From positions 73,782,001 through 73,846,000 of the forward strand of contig NW_024704743.1 in NCBI RefSeq assembly GCF_018977255.1: a stretch of 64,000 bases of DNA, read 5' to 3'. The position numbers and the translations under genes were made by a program. Source of the DNA: Callorhinchus milii. Taxonomy: Eukaryota. Under the pieces are notes generated by a model. It was not told where the DNA came from. It was given only the letters and a program-made list of their open reading frames with translations, and did no database searches. Each line of letters starts with the position of its first letter. The stretch's first letter is position 1. Below are positions 24,577-38,246 of this stretch, piece after piece.

Positions 24577-25174
24577 GAAAAAACTGTCCACAAACATCAT
24601 CCTCTCAAGCCGTCCGCTGATGATCTTTTTGTATGTATTTGTAAGGAAAAAGATTAAGTGTCCCCTCACATCTGTAATTAACATTAAAAGGCTGCTTATT
24701 CTAATGTAGACATTTTCCTGCTGACAGAGCAGGCAGAGTGCGATTGCCACTTACTTCTGTTTAGATGTGATTGCAATACTGTGAAAAGGTGTTAAATATA
24801 AATGCTAATCACCCCAGATAAAATCAGTCATTCACTTTATGTCTCCTTGTGGGATACTGCTGTAGTGTGCAAATTGGCTGCCTCCTTCACCATCAGAACA
24901 CAGTTACTACATTCACATTAAATATGGTGAAGCACTTCGCGATGTCCTCCCAATGTGAAAGGCACTATATTAAATACAAGGATTATTATCATTATTAAAA
25001 TAACAGTATTTTTGATTGGCCAAATCATTTTCAGAAAGTGTCATATGAAAATAGTGTAATTATGCCCCAGACCCTGGAACCTTTTGCCTCTATCCCTCCA
25101 CCTCACCTCCCTCTATCTCCAAATCCTTTCTTAAAGCTTTCCTCTTTAACCACGCCTATGGTCACCTTCCTGTC

Positions 25175-25450
25175 TCCTCTTCCTTCCACCCTCTGGAACT
25201 CCATCCTGCACGCCCTCCGCCTCAACCCCCTCCCTTGCCTCCTTCTCAAGACCCTCCTCCTCTACCATGTTTTCGATCACCCTGCTTCCCCCCCGCCCTC
25301 TACCCTCCCCAAAACCCGACCCCCAGCTCGGGTCCGACAGTCAGACTGTCCAGCACCTTGGGACATCCTCCCGACATGAAAGGCGCTATACAAATGTAAT
25401 TTTGTTGTTGTTCCAGTTCAATGTGAAGGGCACTAAATGCAAGTTGTTGT
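25175..25450 (+). mobile_element. L2 3' end with a second, partial tail, ~60 bp before the last MINDY3 exon
   Basis: ctctggaactccatcc...cagcaccttgggacatcctccc...ttgttgttg, then gtgaagggcactaaatgcaagttgttgttg. Confidence 0.8.
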
Positions 25451-25511
25451 TGGACTGCTGCTGTGTTTGTTGAAAATGTTAAACTTTTCTAAAAAAATAT
25501 CTTGCACAAAG

Positions 25512-25661
25512 GTTATGTACGTTGAAGGAACTGCTGTCATCATGGGCTTTGAGGACCCAATGGTGCGAACTGATGACACTCCAGTCAAGCGCTGCCTGCA
25601 GACCAAATGGCCGTACATAGAACTCATGTGGAACACAGACCGGTCGCCCTCCTTAAATTAA
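25512..25661 (+). CDS. MINDY3: MINDY3 last coding exon including stop codon
   Basis: cacaaag|GTT ATG ... AAT TAA. Encodes VMYVEGTAVIMGFEDPMVRTDDTPVKRCLQTKWPYIELMWNTDRSPSLN*, near-identical to the human C-terminus. Confidence 0.97.
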   Translation, partial: VMYVEGTAVIMGFEDPMVRTDDTPVKRCLQTKWPYIELMWNTDRSPSLN

Positions 25662-27472
25662 ATCCAGGAAACCAAAACAGGCAAAATTCCAAATATCATA
25701 GGCTGTTCTGCTTTTTCAAATCTGTGTACAATTGCTGCTAACTGGAATGTAGTTTCCTTGCAGTCCTTAAGAAACTTTACACCTTGATAATTCAACTAAC
25801 TGCTATTGGTAAAGGTTCCAGTCACTGTCTTTCACCGCTGGATAAATACCCAGAGAAAAAAAAGAGCACCCATCTACCCTGCGTGCTATGATGCTTGCTT
25901 TTTAGGTAACTCTCCACAGCGCCCATCGATCAGACTTTTTTGAAGGGGAAAGTTATTTTGTTATACTTTCTAGGAGATATTATAGCAAACTCCTGTTTAA
26001 TAATGGTTTAAAAGGATTAATGCAAACATTTGACATGTTACTACTGATGTTATAGAATAATCATCCAATATCTGAATCAAGTGTTTTAAACCAATAATTT
26101 AGTCTTCAATGCGTGGCCCACAGAATATTCTTGACGCACAAAATTATTTCATGTAAAGAGCTCTTTTGCTCAGCATAGTAAAATAATCCAATACACCCGA
26201 CTGATGACCAAATGGATTGTCACTGTGTGTCCTGTAGACACAATAGATTCACAAGGTCACAAGAGAGATTTGGATGAAGAAGATCCTTCAGCCCATTTAA
26301 TTTTTTTCTTCCCAGAATACCAACCAACACTAGAGTTGTCTGATTAGAACATCAAGCTGTGTTTTTTTAAATGAGAACTGGTCTAAACTACCCTTCCTGA
26401 TAACCTATTCCAGTTCTTAATTAGCCTGTAATAATAAATATTTCCTGGTGTCTGTTCTAAAATTACCTTTTGCAACCCTAAACCTGTGCCCTCTTATTAC
26501 ACTGCCAGTGCATTTGAAAGTATTGTTCTGAGTTTACTTTCTCAATCCCAATTAAAATTTTATATGTATGATTAGACTTTGACCACAAGCCATTTTTTTT
26601 TTTTGCTTTTTGAAAAGCCATGCAAGTTGGCAACAGAACTGGACTGACTGCTTTAAAAAGAAAACTTAACTCTATTTCTAATCATGCAAAGTACACTCCA
26701 GTTGATAAGCAAACACGATATCCTGTGTTCTGATGTAATGTCTCTCCAGCTCTACTGGGAGCCCATACCAAAAAATATATATTTTAATCAATAGGGTTCT
26801 GTTTAGAACTGGACACCGGGGACACGTGGAGAGGGATGCAAAAGTGGGAGGGAGTCCCTTGTATTTGAAAGTATTTCCCCTACAGTTGTCCATTACCTTA
26901 GAAGTGTAATTATTTTAGCTTCAATGTGAACTGGAATGGTTCAGCATCCTGTCTTATTTAGATGTAGTTCGCTCATCTGTCTTCATTCTCTCAACCAGTG
27001 ACTAAAACCTTTATCATTTTTCACAGTGCATCGCTTAAGAAAATCTATTCATTAATATGTTTAAGAAAGCCATTTGCTTCATTTTTTTAAAACTTTGTGT
27101 TACATTGATACAGGCTTTTAACACTGAAACACTAGGTATTATGGCTCTCCCTAGGATATTTTGAAGTCTGCAGTTTACATTTTTAAAAATGTACCAAGGT
27201 GGAAGCCATATAAAGGTGAAGTATAAATTCAAATTGTGGTATTGCATTCTGAGCATTTGAGTGATTAATGCAGCTAAATGTCTTCTGGAGTTATCCAGCT
27301 GTACAGTTACATAATATTGCCAAGATTCCTTATCCTTTGTGTCAAAATGGCAATGTTCGCCAATGTTCATGTGTATTTAAATTCCGCTTGTTCTTCGATT
27401 GCATGAGAAATGATCAATTTCTTGCCTAAAACACCAGTGTTTCTTATTTATTATGATTTTGCAGTTGGCCTG

Positions 27473-27478
27473 AATAAA
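27473..27478 (+). promoter_or_regulatory. Candidate MINDY3 polyadenylation signal (alternative ATTAAA at 27763-27768)
   Basis: AATAAA in an AT-rich, repeat-poor stretch ~1.8 kb after the stop, with T-rich sequence downstream; no transcript evidence. Confidence 0.35.
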
Positions 27479-27949
27479 AAAATACAGTTGAAAAATGTTC
27501 TTGAATTATTTTCCTAATGCACTTGAGCTAAATTTATGAAACTGTTTTGTTATTTAAAACTTGTTTATAGGCTGAACACAAACTTCTTGTAAAGTTACCT
27601 TTTATTGACTAATAATTTTTCTGAAATATTTTATCTGTAAGGAATATCTTCAGCAAAAAAGTCCTTGTTTTGTTTTATTGCGGATTATTAAAACAATTCA
27701 GTTGATTGTAGTACATTCTTATTTTGTGTTTTTGTTAAAGCAACTTTTTTGGTATTTAATTAATTAAACCTTTTTGATTCTAAATGGACCGACTTTCTAA
27801 GCGTGTGCCAAATAGCAGAAAATAATGGACCAACAACTTTCATTACACTTATATGGCATCTATCATAGCAGCAGCAACACTTCAGGAGACCAAAAGATTG
27901 TGTTTGACCCCTCCTCCCCCCCCCCCCCCCCGTTCAAACCCCACTTCTA

Positions 27950-28315
27950 TGTTCTCACTTGCTCAGCTTTCCCCGATCTCTGCGATATTGCCTTCCTCCC
28001 CGTTCAGCTGCTGAGATCCACCCTAGATTACATCCAGGATTGATTACAAGACACTGGCTTCCTCCACATACCCTGCTCTCTCTGCCCCACCATTGGTGGG
28101 TGGGCTTTCAGCCAGTTGACTTCGGTGCTCTGGTCCCTCCTACTTGCTCTCTTCCGCCCCCTCTTTCAAGGCATATCTCAAAACACACCTCTTTGACTGC
28201 TTTCGGTCATCTTTCTCCACCTCATCCCCCTCAGCTCCAGTGTCCAGCTAGAATCGTCAAGTACTTTGGGATGTCCTCTCAAAAAGTACGGCACTATATA
28301 AATGTGTATTGTACA
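27950..28315 (+). mobile_element. Degraded L2 3' fragment
   Basis: Ends ctttgggatgtcctctcaaaaagtacggcactatataaatg. Confidence 0.6.
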
Positions 28316-29479
28316 TGATAACCTTGAAGTAGTAATGATGGCATCTGTTCGAACTATAAACTGAATGAACCTCGTATTTGACCCCAGAATAGGGTAACAA
28401 TCTTGAAAATATACCGAGGAGAGCATTTTGTATCAGCTCGTGTCAGAAACCATTTGTCTCCATTTATTAAGCAACTCAGGTAATGCAGAGTTTCCACCAG
28501 AGACTGGATCAATAACAACTGAGCCATATTGATATTTTGTTAAACACTCCAAATAACGTATAAAATGAACTGCCATTCCTTGACAGGCACATAAATCAGA
28601 ATATACTGCTAATTTTCAAAATGAGTTGGAGGATAAATCCAATTACACTGTTTGGAATTGAGCTCTTCACTGGCCATGGTCTCACTTGCTGAAGGCTTTC
28701 AGGAAATATCAGAATAGTTTGATAATCACGAGTGTTCTAAGTAGTAAAGGTAAAATGTTCATTCATAAAAATTACTCTGATCCAGGTGCAAATGATATTA
28801 AAATAACATTTACAAAATAATATCTTAAATATGTTCTATAGCCCTGTTGTCAATCATCCTGGGACTAAATTGATTTTGCTATTATGCACAGTATACAGGA
28901 GCCAAATGACAGATAATCATAAAATCAAAACTCAGAAATGTATGTCTCAACTTCTCCAATAATGAAATCCTAATCTAAAGCAGTAGCTTTTCTTTTTCTC
29001 TCCTTTCAGATCAGATGCATGGCAGATTATTAGAGCTATGTTTTTCACAAGACATATCGTCAAATTTCATAAATTATAAACACAAACATCAAAAAGAAAA
29101 GTCAAAACTAGTCAAGGGTTAGTGTTTAAATCTCGAAGAGAAAAACGACAGAAACAACAGTGTTTTTCTTTGAACACAGCAGAATTTAATTATTTTAATT
29201 TTAGACATCTATAAGGTTCCATTTACCAGGGATCAAATAGTGTAATTTCACTTTACAATGTACAAAACAAGTAAGCTTTATAGCTGAACAAAGTATTTTT
29301 GACTTTAAATTACTTTCCCAAAGCCTAGGAATAAATTATGAAGAACATTGAGCTTTCTTGAGCTCATGTAGAGCTGTCAGAGAGTCACGTTCACGTGTGT
29401 GTGGGGAGGTGGGATTTATAAATCCTCAATGTTCTTAGATCTGGTGAAAACTTTTGCCACAGTTTAGAAGAGGGATCAT

Positions 29480-30120
29480 TGAGGACATCCAAATTTGGAG
29501 CTGGGGAGGTAAGTGAGAGCTTAGAATAGGGTTGAGTAGACATGGCGGGTAAGAGTCGCAACAGTGCTCGGCAGCAGTGAGTAAGGCAAACCAGATGCTG
29601 GGCTGCATTAAAAGACGATATTGCGCTGAAATAGTGATGTAATCCTGCCACTTTATAAATCACCGGTGCAACCGCACTTAGAATACTGTGTGTAGTTCTG
29701 GTCACTGCAATAATAAAATGGATATTGCAGCGTTTGAGAGGATACAGAAAAAGGCAACCAAAATGATTGCGGGATGGAAAAACTGGACTATGAGGAGAGA
29801 TTAGATAAACTGGGCATATTCACACTGGAGAAGAGAAGGTTGAGAGGTGATATGATTATGGTCTTTAAGATTCTGAAGGGAATAGACAATGTAGACCTGA
29901 TAAGCTGTTTTATCTTGTACTGAACAGTAGATCCAGAGGTCATCCACAGCCTGTGATTGAAGGAGCGTAAATTCAGAACAAATCTGCAGTAACACTACTT
30001 CAGTGAGTGAGTAGTAAACTTATGAAACAGGCTCCCTAGGGAGAGTGGAAGCACAAAATATTGTTTGTTTCAAGAACAAATTAGATATATTTCTGCTAGA
30101 AAATAATACCTCGGGATACA
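29480..30120 (+). mobile_element. Degraded CR1 ORF2 fragment
   Basis: ctttataaatcaccggtgcaaccgcacttagaatactgtgtgtagttctgg reads LYKSPVQPHLEYCV*FW; gagaagagaaggttgagaggtgatatgatt reads EKRRLRGDMI. Confidence 0.8.
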
Positions 30121-30139
30121 GTATATAGTTTGGGAAGCA

Positions 30140-30320
30140 AGTAGTGCCGTGGGATCTTTTTTAACACCCACCTGAACAGGTAGATGGGACCTCAATTTGA
30201 TGTCTCATCCAAAGAACAGCACCACCATCAATTCAGCACATCCCAGCACTGCATTAGAATATAAGCTTGGACATAACATAACCCATAATGAGAGTTCTAC
30301 CAGCTAAGCCAGACTGACAC
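30140..30320 (-). mobile_element. Deu-domain SINE fragment
   Basis: gtgccgtgggatc...cacctgaacagg...tctcatccaaagaacagcacc...cagctaagccagactgacac. Confidence 0.6.
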
Positions 30321-31483
30321 CGAGACTTAAGAGGGAATCCTGCTAGAATTCCTGTTGATTTACATAAAAACAACTGTTATTCTAAAACTGAAATCATTTT
30401 GTGTGTAGAATATACAGAACTTCATTTAAACTCGTACAAATCTTCACAATAATTTAATTGACGAGTAGCCAGAGCAGGAATCACTTTGTTTTTCCTTTTC
30501 CCAATTTGACCCTTTCCCTGCTGAAAACAGTGACTGATTGCAGGGACAGTTCCACCCCTCAAAACCCTTAAAATAATATGTGTTGCAATCTCTGCCCAAG
30601 AAGGAGATCTGAGGCGAAGCCAAATCTGTCTCCAATATCTACAGTTGAGCATTTTTCTGCAGGGACACTGGACAGAGATCAAGAGCAGCAACATTGGATC
30701 TTTTTCACCTCTAGCAATTGCTGTTGAACCAGTGCTTCTAAATGAGACCAATACACTTAATGGTAATTTCAAGCCCATATGGTGGGTGTGTGTGGCTCTG
30801 TGCTGTACTGCAGTGCTGTGTGACCCATTTACCATTTTCATCTCGGAAGCCCTTTGCAGTTATATTCTTATAACGTGCCCACAATGACGCTACTAAACAG
30901 AATCTAATTCTCCAAGCTATAAAGGTCAGAGGAGAAGCAGACAAAAACAACAACTTGCATTTATATAGCTCCCTTCATGCATTGCAGCATCGCGGAGGGT
31001 GGCGCTTGAGGCAGAGCCAGGGAGAGGCAGGAGGTGACCATAGGCACAGTCGAAAAGGAAAGTCTTTAGGTGTGAACTGAAGATGGGGAGGGAGGAATCC
31101 AGGCAGAGGATTGAGGAAGAGAGTTCCATAGTTTCAGGGATTTCATTAGAGCTTAGGAAGAAAACTGACATTTTAGGTATATTTTTAATCTTGCTGTGCA
31201 AAAGCAATCTGAACAATTTATACCTACACAAAATTATTAGTCCAACAACTTTATAGACCAGTGCCTAAGACCATAGAGTCTCATGCAGGTTTGCTCAAAC
31301 AAAGACAATGGTTTGCCAAATACTTTCCCATAAAGACAAGTCTCCTTTAAATCTCTATACTGTTCGCAGGAACTAGTAGGCAGTCAGTAGGGAGTGCAGA
31401 CTCAATTGGAAGCAACATACTGGGGGCAGCAGCTGTTTGTTGTCTCTCAGTGTTTGTTGGCAACCGAATCAACTGTACTGAGG

Positions 31484-32131
31484 CAAAAACAGAGAGGGCT
31501 GGGAAAACTCAGCAGGTCAGGCAGCATCTGTAGAGAATCCCCCCTGCTCTCCCATTCACAGTCTGACCTCTCCATCCATGGTCTCTATGCTGTTCCAGAG
31601 ATCCACAGCGAAAGCTTGAGGAACAACATCTTATATCTGCTAGGGACCCTACAGGCCTCTGGCCTCAATATCGATTTCAGCCACTTCAGACCATAACAGC
31701 TCACCTTTCCCTCCCCCCCTTTCTGTTACCAGAAGAGTTATCTTCTGTTATCATTACAATCATCAGCCCAGACACTCTCTGGTGTGTTACCTGTTCTATA
31801 CTATTAACACCTCTTCTCCCCAGTTTTGTTTCAACACCCCCCCCCCACCCCCTTTTGTTTTACGCCACTATCATCTCTTTAACCCATCAACTAACACATT
31901 CTCTCCTTTGTCTTCTTTTTTGTCTTCTCTGTCGTCCTTGTCCTGCCTCCCTCTCTCAACTTGTCCTTAAAAATCTCTGCCTCCCAACGTGCCCCAGTTC
32001 TGACGAAGGGTCGTGGAGCCGAAACGTTGACTCACTTTCCTTTCTCCATAGATGCTGCTGATCTGCTGAGTTTTCCCAGCTCTCTCTGTTTTTGTTTCAG
32101 ATTTCCAGCAACTGAAGCATTTTGTGTTTTG
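31484..32131 (+). mobile_element. Penelope-like retroelement 3' remnant with inverted 5' segment
   Basis: Frameshifted GIY-YIG C-terminal motif (QRKLEEQHLI...LGTLQASGLNIDFSHFR); ~60-bp inverted repeat (31478-31537 vs 32042-32100); flanking direct repeat caactgta(c/a)tgagg at 31470-31483 and 32132-32145. Confidence 0.85.
31996..32032 (+). ncRNA. Minimal type I hammerhead ribozyme motif (Penelope-associated, probably decayed)
   Basis: AGTT-CTGACGA-A-GGGTC-GTG-GAGCC-GAA-ACGT-T-GACT: CUGANGA and GAAA core boxes, stem II with one mismatch, palindromic ACGU stem III, 4-bp stem I. Confidence 0.7.
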
Positions 32132-33181
32132 CAACTGTAATGAGGTGTGTTCAGGGTGTTTTCTTATGGATGAAAATCATAGCCCCTGACTCTAAAATAT
32201 AATATGTTCAATTTCACAGCAGAACACTTATTACCTCTCCTGTTTTCTGTGAGGAGGTCTCAAAATATTATTTCCAGCTGGCACAATAAAGGTATGATGT
32301 GATTTTACACACGACACATGTATTCTTATAACACATGCGTTTTTTTCAGAGCGGAGAATTGCCTTTTCTTTAAAAATGCCTCAGTCCTGAGTAAAAGTTA
32401 TTAAACGTGAATTACTGCAGAATTTTGCCAGGTACTCTAGCAAGTTTTTAAACAGATATATGTGCAATGAAACACTTACACTTACATCTGTACCATAAAC
32501 ATTCGCATTGAAACACATACACATCCTCTGCTGCAAGCCCTGAAGGGACTATTGACAACATTTTCCAATGGAATGTCCAGACAGGATCTTGCATCATCTC
32601 AGGAACTTCACCCCAATCTGCAAATTTGCCAATTCAGTGGCATTGCCTCTAGAAATTATATTTTGTTTTTCTGTCGACTGAAAGGGCTGATTCCTAAATC
32701 TCTTTGTTTTGTAAATTTTCCCAATTTTTGATTTCATAAAATTGGTTACTCACTCTTTGGCTGGGATACTGCTTTGCACAACTGGCTGCCGCATTTTGCC
32801 CTACACAATACACAGTCAGTCCACTTCACAGTAGATCCTGCGAAGTGCTTTGAGGCGTCTCAATGACGTGATGAGGCACTTTATGAAGCAATTATTATTA
32901 TTATTATTATTTATTGACATCTCTCTCCTAGTCAACCTTCCTCCATTGCCTTGCCCACTCTACCTAAGGCAGTTGTCAAACAGCAAGCAACCTGCTCTCT
33001 GATTGTAACTCATCATCCTCCCCTGGGTCAGTTGTAGTTTCCAATATTGTGTTTCACCTTGTGAAAAGGTGCTTAGGTTTACCAGATAACAAACAACAAA
33101 GACATTTTTAAAAATTCTATTGACTTCTAATTATTTTTTGCCTACACTACATTTTTATCAAGGTTGCTAGTTAGAGTGAGG

Positions 33182-33435
33182 TTTTTTTTTTGGTCAGCCA
33201 GCTGTCTTGATACATGCGGAAACCCATCACCGTGCTTAAGAGTATCCAATCCAAACTGAGAGTTCAACGCATCCATCCAACCTTAGAAATGTTTATTGGA
33301 TAGGAATGCACACTCTCTTCCTGGATTGCAGGATTAATGAGAACTGAATAAGAATAGTCGCTGCCTCCAAATCCTGCCGATGAGCCAGGCTGTGCTGTCA
33401 TCAACAGTGTTCTGGAATATGTTACTGAGCCCAAC
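33182..33435 (-). mobile_element. Family X copy
   Basis: T10-ggtcagccagctgtc...aacccatcaccgtgcttaagagtatccaa...aatcctgccgatgagccaggct. Confidence 0.7.
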
Positions 33436-35199
33436 AGTGTGAGGGAGCTAAATTGTACTCAACCAAAGCACTCAGAAACAATTATTCAACAACAACAACA
33501 ATTTATATTTATATAGCGCCTTTCAAATTGGGAGGATGTCTCAAAGCACTTTCACAGCTGACTAGTAGGCGAGGGAGTTCAGGAGGGAGTGGGAGAAGGT
33601 GGCCGGAGGATTAATCAAAAAGATAGGTCTTAAGGCAGGATTGAAGACGGGAAGGGAGGTTACATATCTCTAAACCCTTAAATGATTTATTCAAGTCAAT
33701 TCAGCTCCATCATCCTGTCAGGCTCAATAACTCACTCAGATAATTCATCTACTTTGATTTTATCAGACTCCCCATTATACAAAAATGTTCAATCAGCAGA
33801 ATTCAAGATTTAAGTAAATCATAATTATTTGTCAAATGCTTTTAACAAGGGGGTACTGATGGTGAGACTTCCTCTTTTACTTACAATGAATAACATCAGA
33901 TGTTAGCATTTACTGTGCTATACTTACATTAAACGGGTACATGCATAAAATCAATTGGGCTTATTTCAGCTTTCATAGGTCTGCCAAATAGCAGCATAAT
34001 AATTCAAACTAATGTTTCCTATTCTCCAGCTTTCCAAAAGGAACAGGATATCATAATGAAAAATGTTAAACTATTACTTGTAACTACATGCAACACTCAT
34101 GTAGTAAACTGGAAGAAGCTGTTGGAATTTGCTTCATTTACAGTCCACAAATGTTTCTGACCCAATGGACTTTGTGTGCCTTATGTCACACATTAAAGCA
34201 TCTTTACTGTCTTAAAATGTTACTGTCTGTGATGAATTATTTAAAATGAACACTGGAACAGTGGAGCTTGACCACAGGATCATCAACACAATGGGGAGAG
34301 GGAGAGAATGCTGTATGTGACATGTAATTTGCACGTCTTATAGCATTTTTCCTCTGCCCACTCCGTACCCACACAAAACAATTAATCTTTAATCTCTGTC
34401 TGGCTTTTGCTACAACCACTTTTGAATTGAGCTGCAGTTTCCCCAGGTTCTTTGTTCAGTTTACAATCTGTATCTCTGAAGACTGCAAAGAGAAAAGCTT
34501 AGCAAATACAGAATGGAATAAAAAGATTAAAAATAAATAAAAGACATAGAAAGTTTAGGAAACTGGATCATGAAAAGACCATTACCATCCATCTGGTCAG
34601 TCCTTCAAGTTCCCCACTTTTGATTTATTACCATTTGCTTCCTCCTGGCCAACCCTCCTTCTTATGGCTTGCCCTTTCCCAAACAGCAAGGAACCTGCCA
34701 TAGGACTGTCACTCCTCAGTCTACCACAGCTTGGATGCTCCAATTTTGCTTCTCTCCTTGTGAAAAAGTGTTTAGGTTGCCAAGCAGAATTTCAAAGCAT
34801 AGCAACATATTATAGAATCTTCAACACAGTCTCCTTTACTAAGGTAATAATAATAATAATCCTTGCATTTGCTTCTCAAACAGTCGTGGATTGAATGATC
34901 AATTGTTTTTACAATGGAATGTATATGTATCAGTTCCCCAAGTTATAAATAGACAGTATCTTATTTTTGCACTAAACGGTGTTATTGTAGAAATATGATT
35001 GGAAGATAATCTGCCAAAATTGGAAATGTTTATTCTTATTATGATTTATATTTTTCTGGAAATATATTGTAGTATATAAGAGGCATCAAGGTCATTTGTT
35101 TTACTGTCTTGATTATAGATTCCCTAAGGCTCCAGGAGGCAGACACTCTCAGCTCAGTGTGGCAATGGATGAATTATTACTATTGTAGTTTTGCTCAAG

Positions 35200-35833
35200 T
35201 AATCTCCGGAATCTTACCTCACCCCAAATGCAGCTGAAACCCTCGTGCATGCCTTTGTCACCTCCCGCTTGGATTATTCCAACGCACTCCTCGCCGGTCT
35301 CCCCAGCTGCACTATTCACAAGATCCAGCTCATTCAAAACTCTGCTGCCCACATACTGACCCTGACCAAACTCTGTACTCACATTCTCACCAATTCTGGC
35401 CAGGCTCCACCAGCTCCCCATCACCGAACTGATCAACTTCAAGACCCTCACACTCGTGTTCAAATCCATTCACTCCCTGGCACCTCCCTACCTCTCCAAC
35501 CTCCTCACTCCCCAATCCACCACCCGCCTCCACTCGACTGGCACCGGCCTCCTGCTCATCCCTAGCACCCTCTGCCCCACCATTTGAGGTCGTGCTTTCC
35601 ACCACTATGCCCCCAAACTCTGGAACACTCTCCCTCAATCCCTCTGCCTTACCCCCTTTCTCCCCTTTTTCAAGTTGCACATGAAAACTTTCCTCTTCGG
35701 CCGTGTTTACGGCCACCTCCACGGCCCCCACGCCCCGCGCAACCCGGCTCGAAGTCAGGCTCTACCACTGTTAAGTGCTCTGAGATGCTACACTGCGTGG
35801 AGGGCACTATATAAGTGCAAGTTGTTGTTGTTG
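35200..35833 (+). mobile_element. L2 3' fragment (subfamily with gtgctctgagatgc...gtggagggcact tail)
   Basis: ORF 35245-35565 has HAFVTSRLDYSNALLAGLP...IQLIQNSAAHIL; (ttg)4 tail. Confidence 0.88.
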
Positions 35834-36389
35834 GAACATATTTAAACGTCCATATAAAACACTTGAGAAAAAGGGCTGCTGGTCAGTGCACTGACTGAGC
35901 TGTTTCCTTCTTGACATCCTCCTCCACTCACCACTAAGATGCTGCCAGTTGGATCCCAACTCAGAAGACATCAAAGGTTCAGCTGCAGGGAATGCTGAGC
36001 AGCCTCCAGAACCTCTGTGGTTCCAGCCATCAGGTCTCTTGAGGCAATCACCATGTAACTTCACACCAAGCAGCAATGAGGTGTCAGCATCCACAAGAGA
36101 AAAGACACACTGTAAAAATATTAGCCATTTCGGTACGTTATCCATGTTATGTCTCTCATTGTAAATTCCACAATCAATCGTCTTTTCAAAATCCCCACTC
36201 ACCCTTCCGGCCTATAAGCTAAAGTAGCAGTTTTTTTATGCTGTTGTTGCTCTGCATCTTTGGTGCTGAGTTAAGATTCTCAACACATCAACTGTGCTGC
36301 AATGACATATGTGTGGATTGTGCTAGTGTTAGTGAGAACAGGAGTTATTTGCTGTGCACTATGTTCAGATCCCAAAATGGTCTCTCCTC

Positions 36390-36740
36390 AGTTTACCTCT
36401 GCAACCTCCTTCAACCATAATGACCTGCTTCTTCCTTTACACAGCAAATGCTGGCCTGCTTCATATCTGCCCCCTATCCACCCATCAGCAGGCAGGCTTT
36501 TAGCCATTCTACCCTCACTCTCTGGAACTCCATCCCAGAGTCCTTTCGATTCGCTCCCTCTCTATCCTCGTTCAAGGTTCATCTCAAGTCAAACTTCTTT
36601 GACTACACTTTCAGTCATCTTTCCCCTCCTTGGCCTGCAGGCTAATTACACTCAGCTCGGGTGCCTTGTTAGCTGGGTCAAATGTTTTGAGACATCCTCC
36701 CAGCGCGAAAGGCACTACATAAATATCCATTATATTTTAT
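36390..36740 (+). mobile_element. L2 3' fragment
   Basis: ORF 36448-36645 has RQAFSHSTLTLWNSIPESFRFAPSLSSFKVHLKS. Confidence 0.75.
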
Positions 36741-37794
36741 TATCCTGAACCATGATTCCACTTTTTGCCAGTGAAAAATGTTACCATTTATTTTTTACCA
36801 GCAAAATCTCAACAGCTGCTGGAGGTTGATAAGCAGTGAAGTTGAACATGCGTGCACAAAGTTATTGCATGAATAGTGAGGCCATTGCAAAAACAGAACT
36901 GAATTAACGGCCCCTGTTCTTGTCAAATATGCCAGTTTATGAGGTGCAATGCTTTTCCTTTCCCATTGAGAGACTTTTACAGAAAAAAGCAAGGAATGGA
37001 AAAAGACCATTCAGTCCATTGTACGGAACAACCAAAATATGCACGTTCATTGCCTTTTGCCCCAACTCCTCTATTATGGACAAAAGTTCCAAATACACAC
37101 TTTCTTGTTCTGTGGAGCACTTTGAGAAATTCAAGACATTCTAGGTACTTTGATAAATTAAAGAATTATTTTTATTAAGGTAAAAAACTCAGGAATATGC
37201 TTTCATCTCCATAATTCAAATCTACAATGCAAGAGTTATCTTGTGGAGTACTTGTTCATCTCCGTCTGTATCAATCATTCAGAAGAACACTTCAGGATGC
37301 ACCAATATAGTAGAACAAGAGGACATAAGTTTAGAGTTGCAAAAGGCAATTTCAGGACAGATTACAGGAAGTTTTTCTTTAATCAGAGGGTAATTATTGC
37401 TTGGAAATAGATTGCCATGAATGGTGGTTGAGGCCAAAACACCGGACTCATTTGATCCTATGGGTGGGTGTCTGGAAGCATGAGAACAGATGGGCCAAAG
37501 AGCCTTCTCTGCCTACTTCTAATCTTGTGATTTTAGGAATCTTCCAATAATGATTTCAGTGTGACATTTTATTTGGTCTCTTCTCTTCTACTCTTCTTAC
37601 TTTGGTCACAAAGGCAAAGTAGCTTGGCTTGCCTAATGCAAATCTTGGCTCTTGCCAACCTGAGTCTAAACTCTCTGGGACGCAATGTGTGGCCTTCCAA
37701 TGAGATAGTGTGCACTGCTAACCCCATTTGTCAGATGAATGGAAAGCTTCATGCATATGTGAAACTCTCAGTTGTTTAGTTCAGGAGGCTCTTA

Positions 37795-38246
37795 ACAAGA
37801 ACAACAAATTACATTTGTATAATGCTTTTCATGTTGGAAGGTCGTCTTTGCCTTGAAGGAGGCAAGGGAGGGGACGAGGCGAAGGGACTGTGGGATGGAG
37901 TTCCAAAGGCTGGGGGCAGAGAGGCTGAAGTTCCAACCGCCAATGATGGGGCAGGCTGAGCAGGGGATGTGGAGCAGGCTGCTGGGCTGAGGGAGCGGGC
38001 AGGTCGATATGGGATTAACAGGTCACAGAGGTAGGACAGAGCAGGGCCTTGGAGGACTCTGAAGGCAAATACGAGGATTTTGAATTCTTTTCTCTGGGGG
38101 ATGGGGAGCCGGGTGAGGATGGGGATAATGGGGTCACGGAGTTTGGTGCAGGAGAGGACATGAGCTGCAGAGTTCTGAATTATCTGCAGCTTGTGTAGGG
38201 AAGAGTTGGAAAAGCCGACAAGCAAGGAGTTGGCATCGTCAAGCCA
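37795..38246 (-). mobile_element. L2 3' fragment with internal deletion
   Basis: ORF 37809-38225 has LHKLQIIQNSAAHVLSCTKLRDPI; caacaaattacatttg tail. Confidence 0.85.

Noticed and set aside
26791..26900. Possible decayed hAT-type MITE in the MINDY3 3' UTR (tagggt...tacctta ends)
   Set aside because: Terminal complementarity is too short and there is no second copy in the window.
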